NCBI GenBank assembly: GCA_963575745.1
Contig: CAUYUJ010000316.1
Span: forward strand, 62,001-115,459
DNA from: Prorocentrum cordatum
Lineage: Eukaryota
DNA: 53,459 bases
Reading direction: 5' to 3'
Shown here: positions 40,654 through 53,372 of the stretch, one piece after another
Position numbering within the stretch: the stretch's first letter is position 1
Layout: every line of letters starts with the position of its first letter
Position numbers and translations under genes: made by a program
The notes under the pieces: generated by a model
The model's database searches: none
What the model was told of the DNA's origin: nothing
The model's input: the letters and a program-made list of their open reading frames with translations, nothing else

Positions 40654-42336
40654 CTCACACGCGCTCAGAATCACCAAAAGTAGGCTTTTTTTCAAATTCT
40701 GGTCATCGACATCTGGACGAAGGGTGGGGAAGGGCGGGGCGCCTGGGCATGGGGCGGTGCCGAGTCGATCTGCGTCTGCGCGCACGCAGACTGGGGGGGG
40801 GGTGGGGGGGGGGGGCTGACCAGTCGGCAGAAACAGCCCCTAACAGCAGCCAAGATCTGGTCTTTTGGGGGGGGGAGGGGGGGAGGCTTGCCATCGCTCG
40901 GACGTTCAATCCCCGTGCGTTGTTCGGTTTCGCGCGTGTACTTTTTTCCAATCGCAAACTGATCCAATATGCTCCTCGATGGTCCTCGCCGAAGAAAAAA
41001 ACGCACACGCCCGAGCGATGCCAAGAAGAGGGGCGGAGGGCCCGCGTCGATCGGCGCAACAGTGAATAAGGAAACGGTCACATGACGATCCTCCCTCCTC
41101 GTCGTCACCCCCCTGGGCGGGCATATCTGGGGGGCGAGATACATGAGGGGGAAAGAGAGGTGCCCTTCTCGGGCCGTCAAGGCTCCCCCCGGGGACCTGC
41201 AGGGCCCCTGTCGAGGCCCTGGGGGACTCCTTTTCTGCAGCCCTCGCCGCCCCCCACTTCTTATCGAAGCGAAGAACGATGCCCTCCTGTCTCCATGCGC
41301 TACACTTCGACCACCCGCAGGAAACCCGAGGGATACCCGAGACAAACTGCAAAACGATTAAGGAACACTGAGCCCCTCCCCAACAAAAAAAGGGTTCCCT
41401 CCTCAGCAATCCGACCGTACTGCTCCCCATTGATTCGCGCCCAATCCTCTGTCCGCCTTTGCGCCGCGGCTCCTCCCCGTCCCGCTGCCTCGACTTCTGT
41501 CCTCAGGCTCCTCCTTCTCCTCCTGTGCCTCCTCCTCTTCCTCCTCCTCCTCCTCCTCCTCCTCTTCGTCCACCTCCACCTCCTCCTTCTCCTCCTTCTC
41601 CTCCTCCTCTGCCTCAACCTCCTCCTCCTCGGCCTCTCTTCCTCCTCCTCTGCCACCTCCTCCTCCCCCTCTGCCTCCTCCTCCTCCTCCTCCTCCTCCT
41701 CTGACTCCTCCTCTATCTCCTCCATTCCTCCTCTTACTCCTCCTCCTCTGCTTCCTCCTCCTCCTCCTGCCCCTAACCAACTCGTTCCATTTCTTGATGA
41801 CCCATCCCCGCGTGACCACCAGACATATCGGTAGGGCGGGTAGAGCGTTGCGTCTGAGAAATCATGGCGGCGTATGTTGCTGAAGCTTGAAAAAGTTCCA
41901 ACACATTCAACAATATAAAGGGCGGGAACATTTCAAAATGGAACTATCACACATTGCGCTTCTCACCCTCGCCTTGAAAACTTACAGCAGTTGCAAGGAT
42001 CGATGGCGGGTCGTTTTCAAATTGGAGATCTCGCTTGGGCGCCGCGTATGTTTACTGCAAACGGTGTAAGGATGGAAGGAGGTATGTTCTCCCCAGGTAG
42101 CGTCCGGCTAGAGGGCTCCCACAGTGGCAAACAAGGAACACCGAGGAATCCCACATAATGGACTGGGAGACCCGGTGCAGCAGCCTGTCCGGCAACCGTC
42201 TCGCCTGAGACTTCCTCGCGGTTCATTCGAGAACCGTGCTCTTGCTACCAATGCCTCCTCTCGCCATCGCTCGGACGTCCATTACTTGTGCATGTTTCGG
42301 CTTCGTGCGTGTTTTTGTTTGCTCGATGATCCAGGA

Positions 42337-42588
42337 CTTTGTGGGCCCCGGAAACGGCAGGGCTGTTTTTTTTCACCGTTTCCAAAAAGTGTCCCTCAAA
42401 AATGGAAACGGCCAAAAAACGGCGACCGAAAACGGCAAAAAAAAACGGCTCCAGGATTGGAGCCGGAGCCGGAACTTGTCAAACAAACGGCGACGGAACC
42501 GGTAAAAAAAGGCGCCGGAACCGGCAAACAAACGGCAAAACGGAACCGGTAAAAAAAAACGGCCCTGTCGTTTCCAGGGCCCACTGAG
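42337..42588 (+). mobile_element. hAT-type MITE with 8-bp target-site duplication ATCCAGGA, nested in a GCCATCGCTCGG MITE
   Basis: Ends CTTTGTGGGC / GCCCACTGAG, AAACGG subterminal repeats; TSD at 42329-42336 and 42589-42596. Confidence 0.9.
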
Positions 42589-43411
42589 ATCCAGGATGCT
42601 CCTCCGGGGCCCTCGCCGAGGGAAAAAAATGCATACGTCCGAGCGATGCCGGGGCTCCCTTCTCCGATGCCGCGGGGCCCAGGCGCCAGGTGGGGAAGGA
42701 GGAGGAGGAGGAGGAGGAGGAGGAGGAGGAGTGTGGAGGAGGAGGAGGAGGAGGAGGGGGAGGAGGAGGAGGAGGCGGCGGCGCCCCGTCCGGCCGGCAC
42801 GGGGCAGGGTCCCTGCGTTTTCACCGCAGGAACTGCGGCGCTCGAGCCAGCATCAGGTCGGGCCTATCCCCCGACAGGGGGATTTTGGTCGAAAAACTGG
42901 AAATACTCAACACAGATTCCAAACATATAATAACAATCAAAACAACATCCCCAGGCTATGTTTTGACTATGTTTGAATGTCCCCCCTGTGGAAGGACAAG
43001 CGCCCGACTTAAAGCTAGCACACAACGTGGTACAGCGCAGGGAACAACTGGCAAGCGAAGACCCGAGTTCGAATGAGCTTGAGGGGATGGTAAAGGGAGG
43101 AGGAGCAGGAGGAGGAAAGGAGGGAGAGGTGGAAAAGCAGGGCTGAACCTAAACGGAGTTTTCATTTTCGTTTTGTTTTCGTTGTCCCTCGCTTTTGTCT
43201 CAAATCCGCCTTTACCGCAAAACGAAGTCGAAACGAAAACGGCCCACGAAATCACCAAAAACACCGTTTAGGTCCAGCCCTGAGGAAGAGTAGGAAGAGG
43301 ACAAAGAGGAGAGGAACTTCCTGTGCAAGGGGGGTCAGTGGACACGACAGAGGGCAACATCAACACATATACATCGCAACGGGCTGGACTGAAACGAGCG
43401 AAGCCTCGATC

Positions 43412-43481
43412 CTGAAAGGGTTTGCGGATGAAGTACCAGTACGGGTAAACAATGCACACTTCCAGCACGAATATCAGCATC
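43412..43481 (-). CDS. CSC1/OSCA-like channel exon ((R)MLIFVLEVCIVYPYWYFIRKPFQ)
   Basis: GAG|G acceptor and CAG|GA donor; phases match both neighbouring exons; transmembrane helix. Confidence 0.8.
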
Positions 43482-44124
43482 CTCTTCCGCGGCGAGCCGC
43501 GACTGATGCGCGTTGGTCCCCTGACATCTATGTGTATGCCCATGTCTGCATGCACGTATCTGGGAATACACTTGCACATGCGGCTGTATGTATTGCGACC
43601 CCTCCGATCGCGGAGAGGGTTGTGTTTTATGTTGAAGCGGGCCCGATGGCGGACGGGGGGTGCGCGGCATGCTACGTAAGGCGGGGAAGGCCGGCGAGCT
43701 GGTTGCCACTGGCCGCATCACACGCGGTGCAAGCGGTCGTGCCCAGCGACTGGGCCAGAGTAGGAGGAGGAGGAGGAGGAGGAGGAGGAGGAGGAGGAGG
43801 AGGAGGAGGAGGAGGAGGAGGAGGAGGGGGGGAGACCAGGACCGAGCCGATGTTGCGGCCAGTCTCATCTCGGGCCCACGGGCTGAGGTCCGCGGCCACG
43901 CAACGAAAGCCCAGGGGAGGAACCCGAGCGGGATCCCCACGGGGAGCCCAGCTGCAACGGCGGCGGGGAAGCCTGCGTGATTATCCTCGGTCTTTCCCAC
44001 GGCGCAGCTGGGGCACAGAGGGGTCTTCAGAGTCTATCCCTCCAAGCTGCATTGCACCATCGGGCAAGGGATTCCAACGGAACCGACGCACTGGGGGCAA
44101 GACGTGGCGCTTGGACCCGTCCGT

Positions 44125-44253
44125 TCCTCCTCCTCCTCCTAGTCCTCCTCCTCCTCCTCCTCCTCCTCCTCCTCCTCCTCCTCCTCCTCATGATCATCGT
44201 CGTCATCATCATCATCATCATCATCGTCGTCGTCATCATCATCATCATCATCG

Positions 44254-44289
<36 letters not shown>

Positions 44290-44308
44290 GCATCAGCATC
44301 AGCATCAG

Positions 44309-44374
<66 letters not shown>

Positions 44375-44900
44375 GGTTATCATCAGCATAACCATCACCA
44401 TCAGCATCATCACCACTTGCATCATCAACACGCTTATCGATATGGCAATGATCAGCATCTACATATCATCCAAATGTGCATCATCTTCATGCTCAACATC
44501 CTCATGCACATACTCATCGCAATCATCAGCATCGGCATCGTCGTCACCATCGTCATCACAAGCATCATGATCAGCATGGTCATCATCATCAGGATCATCA
44601 GCATCAGCATCAGCATCAGCATCATCAACATCATCAGCTTCATCATCATCATCATAATCATCATCAGTATCGACATCACCACCACCAACACAACCATCCT
44701 ACTCGTCATCAGCATCATCGTCGTCATCATTATCATCATCTTCATCATCGTCATCGTCCTCGTCATCTTCCTCCTTCTCGTCCTCCTCCTCCTCCTTTCC
44801 TCCTCCTCATCCACATCACCATTTTCAACATCACAATCATCATGCCCATCCTCATCCGCCTCCTCTTGTTTCTTCCTCTCCTCCACGTACTCCACGTACG
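44125..44900. repeat. (CTC)n followed by degenerate (CAT)n microsatellite
   Basis: Visible repeat; source of poly-H/I/M ORFs. Confidence 0.95.
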
Positions 44901-45038
44901 CCTCCCTAGTCGTCACGATCAGCACAGTATGAGTACTGCTCTTCTTTCCCTCCATTCTGGTTACCCGCCTGCACCGCATATGGTTTCTTCCACCGGATTG
45001 TCTGGAAGTGGCTTTCGATTGGTCCGTTCCACTCATAG

Positions 45039-45262
45039 AGGCATCCTAGATGGGGTCCGAGTAGATGGGGTTGGAGGATCCCGCCAGATCGACGATGTAT
45101 CGGCGATACATCGGCGATGCATCGGCGATACATCGGCGATGCACCGGCGACGCGTCGTCGATGTCGGCGATGCATTGGCGAAATTGGCATGACGCAAATC
45201 GGGCTCCACATCGAGCCGCTTCGGCGATGCCGAGCGATCCTTCGACCCCATCTAGGAGGCCT
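45039..45262. mobile_element. MITE with TIR AGGC.TCCTAGATGGGGT and internal CATCGGCGATG repeats; relatives near 14300-14414 and 50536-50751
   Basis: Inverted ends AGGCATCCTAGATGGGGTC / GACCCCATCTAGGAGGCCT. Confidence 0.8.
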
Positions 45263-46029
45263 AGATCCACTCAGGGCATGCTCAGTCTCTCAAGCATGGT
45301 GCTCATGCTGCTGCAGCGCCGGCGGTCCCCCGAGCGCGGGCCATACTTCTGGATCCGAGACTCGCTCCTCGTCGTTGCCGTCCACCTATTTTGTTCCCTC
45401 CTCCACCTTCCCTGGTCAGCCTGCTCATCCTACAGTAGGAACTCGACCACAGGAACCCTTCCACAAAGAAACTCAACCCTGAGACCCCAGAACGTCCATT
45501 GTTTTTTGGTGCGGGAACGTCACGCTTTCCATAGCAAAACCATCGAACCCCAAGTCACCCTGGAGGCAAGCAGGGTGTTTCTTGGCAGGGGGGTCCAGTG
45601 TACTCAAATCTCCTGGTGCTACTTCTCCTTCGTCCTCATCGTACTGTTATTCCTCATGCACATCCGCCACCAACACGTCCTTGTCCAATGTACGACGATC
45701 CCCTTTCCCCATGCTTGCGGCTCACGGATACAACAGACTTCGGCGCAACGGGAAGGGAGCGATGAAAGGGGGATGATGTCATATATGATCCAAGGCCCCC
45801 CCCCTTCAAATAATAATAAGATCGGGCCCACCCACCCCGCTGGATGGGTACGTCCGTGAGCCTCGCGAGGGCCTCGCGAATGGGAGCGCCTGACGTGGAT
45901 GGGGGACGTTCCAGTGCTCTCGCCGAGAGCTCTCCAAACCAAGATTGCAAAAGCCTCGCGAATGTGATCGCTCCCCCCCCCCCCCCCCCCCTTGTGGTCG
46001 TGCCCTGTGGGCGTGGCGTGGTGGGTAGG

Positions 46030-46175
46030 GGACCGCATGCGAACCCTACCCCTACCCCACGCGATTTCTGAGGGGGAGGGTGGGGTTCACTTCGCTTGGG
46101 AGCTCCCGAACGAAGTGAACCCCACCCTCCCCCTCAGGAATCGTGGGGGGTAGGGGTAGGGTCCGCACGTGGCCC
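46030..46175. mobile_element. ~145-bp near-perfect palindrome (foldback MITE)
   Basis: CCCTACCCCTACCCC..GAGGGGGAGGGTGGGGTTCACTTCG mirrored around the centre GGGAGCTCCC at 46098-46107. Confidence 0.85.
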
Positions 46176-46726
46176 CCTAGTGGGGGTGCCGCTCCCCCCG
46201 TCCCCCTGTGGGAGTGAGGCGCATCGTCGCCGTCGTCGTCGCCTTCCGCCAACGTCGGTGTCTGCGCCGCCGTCTTCCGACGGCGTCGGCGTTGGCGTCT
46301 GCCGTCGGCGACGTCGTCTTCCGCCGATGTCGGCGTCGGCGTCGAGGTCGTCATCGTCGTCGTCGTCGTCGGCGTCGTCGTCGTCTCCCTTCCGTCCCAT
46401 CTGTGGGGCCGGGGTCCGTGAATCCTCGACCTGGGATCAGATAAAGGGAAATTAGGACACACAAATAAATACACACAAATAAAAATATTCCCCATATTTT
46501 CCCATATTTTCTGGGTTTCTGTCTTCCCCACCACTTCCCATATTTTCCCATATTTTCTTGGGGACCGACGATTAATTGTGTCTGTGTGTTTCTTTCCCTC
46601 CCGAACCAAGTCTGCTATTCCGCCTCCGCCTCGCCTGAGCGATCCCTCCTCGCCGTCGCTCGGGCGCCCACTGCCCGTGCACGTATCGGTTTCGCGCAGG
46701 TGCTCGTCACGGGATGGCCCATGATT

Positions 46727-46918
46727 AGAACAGAGAAATCGCCACATGCAGAAACTGCTGGCGCTCCGCGCAAACTTCCTGGATCCGCGCTGGGCCCCCC
46801 TCCCTGGCGCGCGGAGCGCGCCAGGGGCGGCGCTGGAGGTGCCGCCGGGCGGGCCCAGCGCGGATCCAGGAAAGCCGCGCGGAGCGCCACAAGTTTATGT
46901 GCATGGCGATCTTTCTTC
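46727..46918. mobile_element. Foldback insertion nested in the MITE at 46652-46970
   Basis: TGGCGCTCCGCGC..TTCCTGGATCCGCGCTGGGCCC is mirrored by GGGCCCAGCGCGGATCCAGGAA..GCGCGGAGCGCCA. Confidence 0.8.
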
Positions 46919-46999
46919 GTCGATCGATGGCCCGGGCCCCCCGAACAGAAGCATACGTCCGAGCGATGCTAAGGCAAGCGCACGTACACACGTGTGCAC

Positions 47000-47229
47000 C
47001 TTTGTGGGCCGTTTCCGAAAAACCGTTTCCAAAAAAATGTCCCTTGAACATGGAAACGGCAACAAAAACTACGACCCGAAACGGCAAATAAACGGCTCCA
47101 GGATTGGAACCGGAGCCGGAACCGGTCAAAAAACGGCGACGGACCGGTAAAAAAACGGCGTCGGAACTGGCGACAAAAACGGCAAAACGGAACTGGAAAA
47201 CGGCCCTGTCGTTTCCAAGGCCCACTGAG
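47000..47229 (+). mobile_element. hAT-type MITE, copy 2, 8-bp target-site duplication GTGTGCAC
   Basis: Same ends as 42337-42588; exact TSD at 46992-46999 and 47230-47237. Confidence 0.92.
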
Positions 47230-47747
47230 GTGTGCACGCTCCGCGGCCCTCCCCCCCCCCGCGCGCACGAGCCAGATCCGCGCTGGGACGCAGGCCAGCG
47301 GGGGCCGACCGCGCACGTGCACTTCCACAGCAAAGGGACCCAGGGGCACGCGGAGAAGCAAGGCGCACATCCCAGGATGTCCCATATGCTCCCATGCTTT
47401 TTTTTTGTTCTGGGCCTTCGCCTCTGCCCCCTGCCCCATGTTTCCCCTGCTTCTGGGTGTTCGCCTCTGGCCCCCTGCCCCATGTTTTTCCCTGCATGTC
47501 TCTCGTGTCTGTGTCTGCTGCTCCCTCCTGACGTCTGCTCTTCGCCTCCAGTCCTGTCCCTTCTCTCGGCTACACGCAAGGAGTGGCCCTGGGCAAGAGT
47601 GACCTCTGGTGCGCGGCTCCTGGGGGGCCGCGGGGGGACCAAACCCAGGCGCGCAGGGCGCTGCTGTCGCAGCGTAACCGATGATCGGGGGGCCCCCGTT
47701 GTGCCCGCACCGAAGGTCACTCCGGCGAAGGGTCCCTCTTGCGTGTG

Positions 47748-47911
47748 CACCCTGCGACATGCTTAAGAAATCATGGGTTAAGAAACTCATAGTCTCAGAA
47801 CTTGAATAAAACCCAGAACTTCTATCAAAATCTTCGGATTTACATTGAAAAATTAAGAATCATCGAGACTCTGGACGAAAACTTGGGTTTTCTTAAGCAT
47901 CGCCCAAGGTG
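47748..47911 (+). mobile_element. CACC/TA MITE, copy 3 (164 bp; left TA decayed to TG)
   Basis: Collinear with 32819-32983. Confidence 0.9.
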
Positions 47912-48449
47912 TAGTCCCTTCTCTGCCGAGCCTCGGGGCCCCCTCCCCGGGGCCACGGCGTCCGAGGACGGCCGCGCGAGGCGTCGGCCGCGCGCTGGGC
48001 GCGCGGAGGGCGGTGGCCTGCCTGGCCAGTGGGCGAGAAGCGACGAGATGCACTGGCACCCAGCCCTGCATCGATGAAGGGGAACTGGAACACACAAAGA
48101 AATACACACAAATAAAAGTATCCCCCATAGTTTCCCATACTTTCTGGGGTTTTGTCTTCCCCACCGCTTCCCATATTGTTGCACATTTTCCTGGGAGTCG
48201 ACGATTAATTGTGTCTGTGTGTTTCTTTCCCTCCTGAATCGATGACATGACGAGCCCCTCCCTCCAATGAAACCCTCCCGCCTCGTGACCGCAGGCAGTG
48301 GTTCAGAAATCATCCGGCGTTTCCTTCGCACCGCACCCAAACAACAGGGGGGGTAGCCACACAAGAACACTATCACCGCGCAAGACAACAAACAAACAAA
48401 CATCCACCTCCCCGCGCAACCGACACCTATACTACACACTGGCGACACC

Positions 48450-48516
48450 TCCTCTTCCTCCTCATCCTCATCATCATCACCATGACCATGGCCATGACCA
48501 TGACCATGACTATGAC

Positions 48517-48566
<50 letters not shown>

Positions 48567-48996
48567 CCATCATCATCACAATCATCACCAGCATCAGTAT
48601 CAACATCAGCAACAACATCATCAGCAGAAACAGCATCATCATCACCATCCTCATGAACATCACCACCACAAACATCGTTATTATAAGCATCAACATCAGG
48701 ATAATCAGCATCATAACTATGAACATCAATACCAATAGCATCATCAACATCATCATCATCGTCATCATCATCATCAGCATCCCCATCAACATCAACACAA
48801 ACAACATCATCATCAGCAACATCAACATCAGGATCATCGACATCAGCAGCATCGTCGTCAATACCATTATCGTGATCATCACCACCACCAACAGCATCAT
48901 CACCATCATAAACATCAACATCAGGATCATCAACATCAGCATCATCACCAATACCATTATCGTCATCATCATCATCAAAAACATCATCAACATCAA

Positions 48997-49027
<31 letters not shown>

Positions 49028-49764
49028 GTCATCATCATCACCATCATCATCATCATCGTCCTCCTCCGGGTGCCGGGATAATGCTCCCTGGTGCGGGAAG
49101 TTTGATCCTTTTGCCGAAAGGGGGGGTCTTAACACCTTCTCGCGGTTATCCTCCTCCTCCTCTTCCGCCCAATCTCACGTGCGCCTGGTCCCCTTCGCCG
49201 GCCACCACCCAAGAACCCGCCCCACCCCCGTGCGCGGTGACGGACCTGCGCGGCAGCGCAGCCGGATAAAGATCTTGAGGAGGGTCATGCCGACGTTCTT
49301 CCTGAGCTTCTGGCTGGAGATCCCGTGGGACCACCACACTATCCCCGTCGGCTCTGTGAACACCGGCTCGAGTCTCAGCTGAAGAAAGATTGCGGCGGTT
49401 TACCGTTCATATTCCTCCCCAACTTCATCCGCCCCCGCCTCCTCCACCTCATACCCCATTCCTCGTCGCCGTGCTTCTCAGCATCCCCCTTCCGCTCAAC
49501 CTCCTGCTCCTCCTGAACATCCCCCTTCTCGTCCTGTTTCTCCGCCTCCTCCTCCTCCTCCACATCCCCCTCCTCCACCTGCTGCTCATACTCCCCCTCC
49601 TGCTCCTCCTCCTCCTCCTTGTCACCCTTCTCCCACCTCTTCCTCCTCCTCCTCCTTCTCCTCCTCATCCTCACCCTCATTATCATCCTAATCCTCATCC
49701 TCATCCTCATCCTCATCATCATCAGGTTCATCACCATCATCGTCATCGTCATCGTCATCGTTAG

Positions 49765-49850
<86 letters not shown>

Positions 49851-50025
49851 ACATCGTCCTCATCCTCATCCTCGTGATCCTCATCATGATCAGCGTCATC
49901 ATCATCATCACCATCATCACCATCGTCATCATCATCGTCATCATGACCATCATCAGCATCGTCATCATCATCATCAACATCATCATCACAAATATCATCA
50001 CCATCAGCATCAGCATCAGCATCAG

Positions 50026-50075
<50 letters not shown>

Positions 50076-50530
50076 GCATCATCATCATAATCATCCTCGA
50101 TATCGTCAACACTCCCTCCTCCACCTCCTCCCCCTCCTCCAGCTCCTCCTCCTCACCCTCTTCCCTCCTCCTCCTTTGCCTCCCCTTCCTCCGCCTCCAC
50201 CTTCTGCTCAACGTCCTGCTCCATACTTGGCCTCCTGCACTGCTGCTCCCCCCCCACCGCCGTGCTCCTGCTCCTGCTCCGCCTCCATCACTCCATCCTC
50301 CCATCCTCCTCTAGCCTCCTCCCTCCATCGCCCAACCTCCCCATCGTCGGTCCTTGCCAATCATAGCCCATCCTCATACTGTTTATTACTCCTCCGCCTT
50401 CCCTTCCTCCTCCTCCTCCTCCTCCTCCTCCTCCTCCTCCTCCTCCTCCTCCTCCTCCTTATCATCAGCATCATCATCAACACCATCCGCCACCTCCTCA
50501 TCATCATCACCACCATCATCACCCTCCTTC
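48450..50530. repeat. Degenerate (CAT)n and (CTC)n fields on both sides of the 49263-49378 exon
   Basis: Visible repeats at 48450-49065 and 49430-50530. Confidence 0.92.
49263..49378 (-). CDS. CSC1/OSCA-like channel, most 5' exon recognised (LRLEPVFTEPTGIVWWSHGISSQKLRKNVGMTLLKIFI)
   Basis: TCTTTCTTCAG acceptor and CG|GC donor; EPxxIxW resembles the OSCA/TMEM63 EPxDIxWxNL motif that precedes the pore-domain helices. Confidence 0.8.
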
Positions 50531-51809
50531 TATTAGAAGCCTCAGAGATGTGGCCCGAGTAGATAGGATCAGAAAATCGCCCCACATCGCCGATATATCG
50601 GCCAAATATCGGAATTGTATCGCCGACGTCAGCGATGCATCGGCGACATCCGCGTGGGGAAAATCGGGGTCCACGCCGTGCCGCATCGCCTCTGCATCGG
50701 TGATGCGGCGCGATCCTCCGACCCCATCTACTTGGAGACCACGGGAGGCCTAAATGTTTCCAAGTCGGGGACGCACTGACCCCGGTCAACGCGAACCCGG
50801 GTCAATCAGGCACTTTGCAAGATCCTGCAATCATTGAGTCGGGCCTGCCCCCCATACAGGCCGATTTTGGACGCAATACAAAAAAACAACTCCAAATACG
50901 CCAAAACTACACCCACATACTAAAAGCACAGTTTGTTTTATAAAAAAACTATTTTGGAATCTTCCTCCTGCAAAGCAGTCTCCTGCAGTCTCCGCAAGAT
51001 CCTGCGACCCAGCCGGGGTCACTGCGCCCGTGGCCCTGCAGGATCCTGCAAGATCCTGCGCTCTGGCAGACCCCCGTCTGCATTGACCCCCGTCCCAGGG
51101 CCTCCGACCAAGCTGGGCGCCGCCTGACGGGGGAGAATGATTTGAAGGGGCCATGGGACACAAATAAATACACACAAATAGAAAAAGACGCACCATGTTT
51201 CCCCATATTTTCGGGGGTTTTGTCCTCCCCCCACTCCCCATATGTTCCCATATTTTCCTGGGAGTCGACAGTGAATTGTGTCTGTGTGTTTTTTCCCCTC
51301 CTGATGATTGGGGGGGGGGAAGGTGCCGTTCTCGGGACCTGCAGTGGGGGGGTGGCGAAGAAAAGGTGCCATGCTCGGGCCCCGGAGGCTCCCCTTCTGG
51401 GACCTAAAAAGGGCCCCTTTTCAGGGGCCCTGAAAAAGGGTTCTGATTTTGCAGCCGTCGCTGACCCCATTCATCTCTGACCCCCTTCGTCGCCCCCCCC
51501 ACTACAACTGGACCTGGGGCAGAAACACATCCGCCAAACACACGATGCCCCCCGGTGGCCAAGATACAAACATCCTAGGGCACTCGCCCCAGGATGCACA
51601 ATGACGACCAGCAGCCACGAAGAACACTGGGGCACCCTCCCCGAACCCACCTCGATCTTACACTCGACCCGTATCAGAAAAGAGGCGCGGTAAGGATGTG
51701 AGGGCCTCTGGGGGCCATGTTGGCGTGTTCCGAGCGAGATTGGCCAGCGAAGGTCGCCAAGGATGGCCCCGACGGGCCAGGATGCAAGGGTACGGAAGGA
51801 AGGCTTGGG

Positions 51810-52035
51810 CGCCCGAGTTTTCCGGGGTAACGCGGGTCCGGGGTAACTCGGGTTAGGATTCCCAGAAAAGGAACCCGAATTAGCCCTGACCCGAATTACC
51901 CCTGATGATGTGGGGCTCCGGACGCCCGAATTATCCGGGGTAGCTCGGGTCCGGGGTAACTCGGGTTTGGATTCCCGAAGCACGAACCCGAGTTAACCCT
52001 GACCCGAATTACCCCTGATGATTCGGGGCTCTGAA
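51810..52035. repeat. 113-bp tandem duplication
   Basis: CGGGTCCGGGGTAACTCGGG at 51833 and 51946. Confidence 0.9.
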
Positions 52036-52749
52036 AGGCTGCTCATCCTTACTGTGCGAACTGACTGTATACCTCGGTCCGACTGGACTGGGCCCCGCCG
52101 CTGCTGGAACCCCAGAGCGGCAGCCGCCTCATATTCCCCGCCGGCGGGGCTGACCGCGCCAGCCGCTCTTGGAGAGACCTGTCCCCCGCGGCCGCCCGCC
52201 CTTCCGTGTTCCCCTCCTCTTGCATAGGTCGAATGGTACACACTGGCTTGATGGTATCTACACCGATGGAATGGAGCCGTCCCCGGTCAAACTGGTGTTT
52301 TCCTCGGTTATTCTTTCCTAAAGCGTGAGGAAATCTTACTCGTTGCAAAAAAGCGTCGTTCAGGCTTCCGAGAGGCTTTTACGAGTCCTCATAGAGGCTT
52401 CTAAAGAACCCACTGTCCGGTTGTTAAGATGCCTCTCGAAGGCTTCTGGGAGGCTTCTGCGAAGTTTCTAAGAGGCCTCTTAGTAGCTTCTAGGAGGCCT
52501 GTTAGAGGCATCGAACAGACATCTAAAGAGGCCGACATACACAAACATGCATATCTTCGAGCACGACTCATATACGTATCCATGTACATGTGCATACACA
52601 TAAACATGCATACTACACGGTGTTGTTTTTTTCCGCCGTTCATAGACGTGAAAGGTAATCCTGTGATTGAACGATGTTCATTTTCTTACGATCGACTGAT
52701 ATTTGACCTCAAAATCCAAATCACTCGGCACCACCCAAGCCGAGTCACT

Positions 52750-53372
<623 letters not shown>

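Noticed and set aside
40090..40683. Plus-strand ORFs 40090-40299 and 40303-40683
   Set aside because: They are antisense to the channel exon.
46713..46934. GATGGCCC direct repeat as an 8-bp TSD of the foldback insertion
   Set aside because: Uninterrupted host copies already contain both GATG(A/G)CCC motifs.
43532..50314. His-, Ile-, Met- and Asp-rich ORFs (e.g. 43532-44932, 47840-49135)
   Set aside because: They are degenerate (CAT)n tracts inside introns of the channel gene.
52170..52320. Possible further upstream exon of the channel gene (KNNRGKHQFDRGRLHSIGVDTIKPVCTIRPMQE)
   Set aside because: It has an AG|G but no recognisable motif and an ambiguous donor, so I cannot support it.
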